From Squalus acanthias (Eukaryota), in assembly GCA_030390025.1 (NCBI GenBank), contig CM059438.1, positions 56,546,001 through 56,610,000 on the forward strand: DNA of 64,000 bases, given 5' to 3'. This document shows, one piece after another, positions 58,201 to 64,000 of this stretch (position 1 is the stretch's first letter; each line of letters begins with the position of its first letter). The translations under genes and the position numbers were made by a program. Under the pieces are notes generated by a model. It was given only the letters and a program-made list of their open reading frames with translations, was not told the origin of the DNA and searched no databases.

Positions 58201-60600
58201 CATTATGTCTATGGCAGCATCCTCTTCCTTGGTGAAGACAGATGCAAAGTACTCATTTAATGCCTCAGCCATACCCTCTGCCTCCATGCATAGGTCTCCT
58301 TTTTGGTTCCTAATCCGCCCCACCACTCCTCTTACTACCCTTTTACTATTTATATGCCTATAGAAGACTTTTGGATTACCTTTTATGTTGGCTGCCATTC
58401 TATTCTCATACCCTCTCTTTGCCCCTCTTATTTTCTTTTTCACTTCTCCTCTGACCTTTCTATATATAGCCTGATTCTCAGATGTATTTGCAACTTGACA
58501 TCTGTCATACGCGCTCTTTTTCTGCTTCATCATATTCTCTATCTCTTTCGTCATCCAGGGGCCCTGACTTTAGTTGCCCTGCCTTTCCTCCTAGTGGGAA
58601 TGTACCTCAACTGTACCTGAACTATTTCCTCTTTAAAGGCAGCCCATTGTTCCATTACAGTTTTGCCTGCCAATCTTTGATTCCAGTTTACCCGGACCAG
58701 ATCCGTTCTCATCCCACTGAAATTGACCTTCCCCCAGTTAAATATTTTCCTCTAGTTTGCTCCCTATCTTTTTCCATAGCTAATCTAAACCTTATGATAC
58801 TATGATCACTGTTCCCTAAATGTTCACCTACTGACACTTGTTCCACTTGACCTACCTCATTCCCCAGAACCAGATCCAGCAATGCCTCCTCCCTCGTCGG
58901 GCCGGAATCATACTGATCAAGAAAGTTCTCCTGAACACACTTCAGAAATTCTTCCCTTCTCTGCCCTTAACACTATTACGATCTCAGTCTATATTAGGAT
59001 AGTTGAAGTCCCCCATTATTACTACTCTATAGTCCTTGCACCTCTGTAATTTCTCTGCAAATTTGCTCCTCCATATCTTTACCACTATTTGGTGGTCTAT
59101 AGAATAAACCTAGTAGTGTAATGGCACCTCTATTATTTCTTAACTCTAGCCATATCGATTCTGTCCTTGACCCCTCCAGGACATCCTCCCTCTCCAGCAC
59201 TGTAACATTCTCCTTGACCAATGCACACACCACCTCCTATCTTTCCTGAACACTTTATAACCAGGAATATTTAATACCCAATCCTGCCCTTTTTTGAGCC
59301 AGGTCTCAGTTATTGTCACATCATATTCCCATGTGGCTATTTGTGCCTGCAGCTCACTTACCTTGTTTATTACGTTTGTGCGTTCACATACATACACTGT
59401 AAACCCATCTTAGACCATCTTGTGTTCTCTCTTAGTTTGACCCCCCCAATACCTTACTATTTCTTACTTTAGTGCTCTCTGCCTCTCCCAATCCTTTGAG
59501 CACTTTATTTCCCCTTTCCAATGCTAAATCCTGGTGGCCATCCCCCAGCCAAATTAGTTTAAACCCCCCACCTAACAGCACTAGCAAACGTCCCTGCGAG
59601 GATATTGGTTCCAGCCCTGTTGAGATGCAACCTGTCTGGCTTGTACAGGTCCCACCTCCCCCAGAACCGGTCCCAATGCCCCAGGAATCTAAAGCCCTCC
59701 CTCCTGCACCATCTCTCCAGCCACATATTCATCTGCGCTATCCTTCTATTTCTATACTCACTAGTGAGTGGCACCGGAAGTAATCTGGAGATTACTACCT
59801 TTGAAGTCCTGATTTTTAATCTCTTTCCTAGCTCCCTAAAATCTGCCTGCAGGACCTCATCCCTCTTTCTACCTATTGCTACCGATGTGGACTCCGACCT
59901 CTGGCTGTTCACCCTCCCACCTCAGAATGTTCTGCAGTCGCTTGGTGACATCCTTGACCCTGGCACCAGGGAGGTAACATACCATCCTGGAGTCACGTCT
60001 GCGGCCGCAGAAACGCCTGTCTGCTCCCCTAACTATCGAATCCCCGACCACTATTGATTTCCCATTCTTCTTCCTCCCCCCCGTACAGCTGAGCCACCCA
60101 TGGTGCCGTGGACTTGGCTCTGGCTGCACTCCCCAGAGGAACCATCGCCCTCACCAGTACTCAGAACCGAATACTGGTTGGAGAGTGAGATGCACTCAGA
60201 GGACTCCTGCACTACCTGCCTGGTCCTCCTCTTCTGTCTGGTGGTCATCCATCCGCCTGCACACTCTTTATCTGCATGGTGACCACCTCCTGAAACGTGC
60301 TATCCACGTAGCTCTCAGCCTCACGGATGCACCGCGGTGACGCCAGCTGCTGCTCAAGCTCCGAAACCCGGAGCTCGAGCTCCTCCAGCTGATGACACTT
60401 CCTACACACATGGTTGTACAGGACACGGGAAGTGTCCTGTAGTCCCCACAATGGCGCAGGTTGTGCATTCCATGGGACTGAGCTGCCCTGCCATGCCTTT
60501 ACTTAATAGTCATGATGCGGAGATGCCGGCGTTGGACTGGGGTGGACAAAAATGAGAAGTCGCACAACACCAGGTTATAGTCCAACAGATTTATTTAAAA

Positions 60601-60638
60601 TTACAAGCTTTCGGAGCTGTCGCCCCTTCGTCAGGTAA
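60601..60638 (-). ncRNA. Minimal type I hammerhead ribozyme motif
   Basis: Reverse complement of the 62280-62317 motif. Confidence 0.72.
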
Positions 60639-62279
60639 AGTTACTGTGAGAGAATCTATCAGAATTCACAGAATATAAACACAGAGAAAATGCATAGATT
60701 AAATCTTTCCCTACATCAAAGACACACTAAGAGCACAGCCAAGACAATGAGATGTGTCCCAGGGGGTCCAACGCGTCAAAACACCTGCTGGCTGCATATC
60801 CTCTCCATTTTTTGAGTTTGTTTCTTGTGTTTCTTTTTTTTTAAACTGGAAAGACCGGCAACGATGTCAAGTCACGTTCTATAGCGTGACATGAACCCGA
60901 TATCCCGATTGAGGCCGTCCTCATGAGTGCGGAACTTGGCTATCAGTTTCTGCTCGATGATTTTGCGTTGTCGTGTATCCCGAAGGCTGCCTTGGAGAAC
61001 GCTAACCTGCAGATCCGAGGCTGAATGCCCTTGACTGCTGAAGTGTTCCCCGACTGGGAGGCAACCATCCTGCCTGGCGATTGTTGCGCGGTGTCCGTTC
61101 ATACGTTGTCTCAGTGTCTGCATGGTCTCGCCGATGTACCATGCTCTGGGGCATCCTTTACTGCAACGTATCAGGTAGACAATGTTGGCCGAGTCACATG
61201 AGTATGTACCATGTACCTGGTGGGTAGTGTCCTCACGTGTGATGACGGTATCTGTGTTCATGATCTGGCATGTCTTGCAGAGCTTGCCGTGGCAGGGTTG
61301 TGTGGTGTTGTGGTCGCTGTTCTCCTGACAGCTGGGTAATTTGCTGCGAACGATGGTACTTTTGAGGTTAGGCGGCTGCTTGAACACGGGACACAACCAA
61401 CAGAGTACCCTACGTCGTCCAGTACTTCCCTGGAGCGGAGAAACTACGCCATGTTCTTCGCAGCCTTCAACATGTCATCAATCACGACGAACACCTTGCT
61501 AAGGCCATCCCCACGCCTCCACTACTCGCCTTCAAGCAGCCGCCTAACCTCAAAAGTACCATCGTTCGCAGCAAATTACCCAGCTGTCAGGAGAACAGCG
61601 ACCACGACACCACACAACCCTGCCACGGCAACCTCTGCAAGACATGCCAGATCATGAACACAGATACCGTCATCACACGTGAGGACACTACCCACCAGGT
61701 ACATGGTACATACTCATGTGACTCGGCCAACGTTGTCTACCTGATACGTTGCAGTAAAGGATGCCCCAGAGCATGGTACATCGGCGAGACCATGCAGACA
61801 CTGAGACAACGTATGAACGGACACCGCGCAACAATCGCCAGGCAGGATGGTTGCCTCCCAGTCGGGGAACACTTCAGCAGTCAAGGGCATTCAGCCTCCG
61901 GATCTGCGGGTTAGCGTTCTCCAAGGCAGCCTTCGGGATACACGACAACGCAAAATCATCGAGCAGAAACTGATAGCCAAGTTCCGCACTCATGAGGACG
62001 GCCTCAATCGGGATATCGGGTTCACGTCACGCTATAGAACGTGACTTGACATCGTTGCCGGTCTTTCCAGTTTTTAAAAAAAAACAAACACAAGAAACAA
62101 ACACAAAAAATGGAGAGGATATGCAGCCAGCAGGTGTTTTGACGCGTTGGACCCCCTGGGACACATCTCATTGTCTTGGCTGTGCTCTTAGTGTGTCTTT
62201 GATGTAGGGAAAGATTTAATCTATGCATTTTCTCTGTGTTTATATTCTGTGAATTCTGATAGATTCTCTCACAGTAACT

Positions 62280-62317
62280 TTACCTGACGAAGGGGCGACA
62301 GCTCCGAAAGCTTGTAA
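62280..62317 (+). ncRNA. Minimal type I hammerhead ribozyme motif
   Basis: UUAC-CUGACGA-A-GGGGC(GACA)GCUCC-GAAA-GC-UU-GUAA: conserved core, stem II, palindromic AAGCUU stem III, stem I UUAC/GUAA. Confidence 0.75.
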
Positions 62318-62504
62318 TTTTAAATAAATCTGTTGGACTATAACCTGGTGTTGTGCGACTTCTCATTTTTTTACTTAATAGACTATTAACTAGAAACACT
62401 TACCAGCTACTCACCAATCAGCTCCTTCCCTGGTTGTGATGTCACTTCAGCTGTTTTGCAGTTGTTGCTTTTGTTGTTGTTGGTTTTGCTGGAGGTTCTC
62501 AGCC

Positions 62505-62850
62505 TCCTCGCTGCCGCTGCTCCGGTCTGCGCTCTCTCTGGGCCTCCCGCTCGATTTATCCTCCGCCTCCTCGCTGCTCCGGTCTGCACTCTCTCTGGGC
62601 CTCCCGCTCGATTTATCCTCCGCCTCCTCGCTCCCACTGCTCCAGTCTGCACTCTCTCTGGGCCTCCTCACTCCTGCTGCTCCGGTCTGCACTCTCTCTG
62701 GGCCTCCCGCTCGATTTATACTCCACCCCCTCGCTGCTCCGGTCTGCACTCTCTCTGGGCCTCCTGCTCGATTTATACTCCACCTCCTCGCTCCCACTGC
62801 TCCGGTCTGCGCTCTCTCTGGGCCTCCTGCTCGATTTATACTCCGCCTCC
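62505..62850. repeat. ~57-63-bp tandem repeat in the CR1 5' UTR (GCTCCGGTCTGCACTCTCTCTGGGCCTCCCGCTCGATTTAT...)
   Basis: About 6 imperfect units read directly. Confidence 0.85.
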
Positions 62851-63110
62851 TGTTGCCTGTGACGTCACTCCTTGTTTCTTTTTAAGTCTCCTCTCAGCTC
62901 CCTTTATGCCGCCGCCGCCTCCGCCGCCGCCTCTCCCGCTCAGCTCCTTGTCCCATTCCCATCTCCTTTGTCTCGCACCATCATCCCTTTTGTCTTTTAG
63001 TCTCTCCTGCCATCCACCCGATCACAGACCTTCCCTTTTGTTCTTTCCTCCCCTCCCCCTTTCCCTGCCTCTGTACTTGCTAAAAAACTGTTACATCTCT
63101 AACTTTTTCC

Positions 63111-63147
63111 GGTTCTGACTAAAGGTCACCGACCTGAAACGTTAACC
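63111..63147 (+). ncRNA. Degenerate hammerhead ribozyme motif in the tail of the outer Penelope-like element
   Basis: GGUU-CUGACUA-A-AGGUC(ACC)GACCU-GAAA-CG-UU-AACC; core CUGANGA changed to CUGACUA. Confidence 0.55.
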
Positions 63148-63211
63148 TTGTTTCTCTCTCCACAGATGCTGCCTGACCTGCTGAGCATTTCCAGCATTTT
63201 CTCTTTTTATT

Positions 63212-63372
63212 AAGGAGATATTAGGGCAGATGACCAAAAGCTTGGTCAAAGCAGTAGGTTTTAAGGAGCGTCTTAAAGGAGGAGAGAGGTAGAGAGGCTG
63301 AAATGTTTAAAGATGGGATTCCAGAGCTTAGGGCCGAGGCAGCTGAAGGCATGGCCACCGATGGTGGAGTGA
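63212..63372 (-). mobile_element. L2-type LINE 3' fragment
   Basis: LSSFKTLLKTYCFDQAFGH C-terminal motif. Confidence 0.65.
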
Positions 63373-64000
63373 AGAACAGCTTCCTGATTTGGACACTAAA
63401 TTGCCAAGTAATGACAGTATTGAATTGAACCGCTGAAACCCACTCACAAGCAGCGTTGGCAGAGAGCATACAAATTTTATTTTATTTCATTCAATTATAC
63501 AATTGGCTCTGATATCCGGAATGAAAACGAAACATAGTTCCCGTATCTCTGCTCCCTTCCCTCCCAAACCCAGAATGTTGGCCAAACATTCTTTGATGAA
63601 AACGGTGCCCAATAAAAGGCATGTTCCAGATTACTATCAAAGATGCTTTGCACGTTTTTATTTGCTTCAGGTGCCCTGTCACAATACTTTGGCAATAGGG
63701 ACTGATTTAGGGTAACGTTTAGGGCGCACCGCCTCCCAGTCTGAGAGAACCTTCAGGCCTTGCCATGTCACTTGGTGATTGCCTCACTTGGGCTTGTTGC
63801 CAGCTGCCTGGTCTGTTTTGCGAGCACACTTTCTACAGGTACAGTTACTCATCTTTCTCTTGTGTTGCTTGAGTGCTTCACACTCCCTGAACTGCACGCG
63901 GGTACTGGTGATCACAAGCCTGCAGTCTGGCAGCTGGGTCGGAGGGCTGGCACTAAGGCGAGCAGCTCAAGGGCCATTCCATTTTTTGCAGGAAATTAAT

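Larger units (their letters stand above)
60510..62369. mobile_element. Penelope-like element insertion with inverted duplication (GIY-YIG endonuclease region on both strands)
   Basis: VYLIRCSKGCPRAWYIGETMQTLRQRMNGH on - (60872-61396) and on + (61654 onward); 12-bp TSD TTTACTTAATAG at 60498 and 62370. Confidence 0.92.
56545..62946 (-). mobile_element. Apparently full-length CR1 LINE with 5' UTR, interrupted by a Penelope-like insertion
   Basis: (TTCTATGA)n tail at 56545; ORF2 RT (MDFQKAFD, GVPQGSVLG, KFADD); endonuclease; ORF1 esterase (GDSIVRG); ORF1 start ~60494; GC-rich 5' UTR 62382-62946. Confidence 0.88.
54390..63210 (+). mobile_element. Decayed Penelope-like retroelement (RT C-terminus + GIY-YIG + 3' tail) split by RTE and CR1 insertions
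   Basis: GVTMGTRMG, FFRYIDDC, SIPFSQFLRL, LVYCIRCSHCGLLHIGETKRRLGDRFAEH, PSGLNIEF (55278-56450). The 3' UTR breaks at 56544 and appears to resume at ~62950. Confidence 0.8.

Overview
Eukaryotic, repeat-dense vertebrate DNA. The DeuSINE/CR1/Penelope/Harbinger repertoire suggests a cartilaginous fish (inference). The first ~19.9 kb is a 36-bp satellite made of 14+22-bp subunits. It carries four near-identical 764-bp hairpin-rich MITEs, co-amplified as higher-order repeats, and ends in a truncated PIF/Harbinger transposon. Two host genes face each other tail-to-tail. One is a spliced CIMIP2/FAM166-family ciliary microtubule-inner-protein gene on + (six exons at 24102-34897, not visible in the ORF track, first exon not found). 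The other is a complete 4-exon, 445-aa beta-tubulin on - (41412-47126) with the axonemal EGEFEEE motif and a CpG-island/TATA promoter. The remainder is CR1, L2 and RTE LINEs, DeuSINEs, a second decayed Harbinger, several minisatellites and a three-level nest of retroelements. The nest includes an ~840-bp-arm inverted Penelope-like insertion carrying minimal hammerhead ribozyme motifs. No CRISPR array, rRNA or intact tRNA gene is supported.
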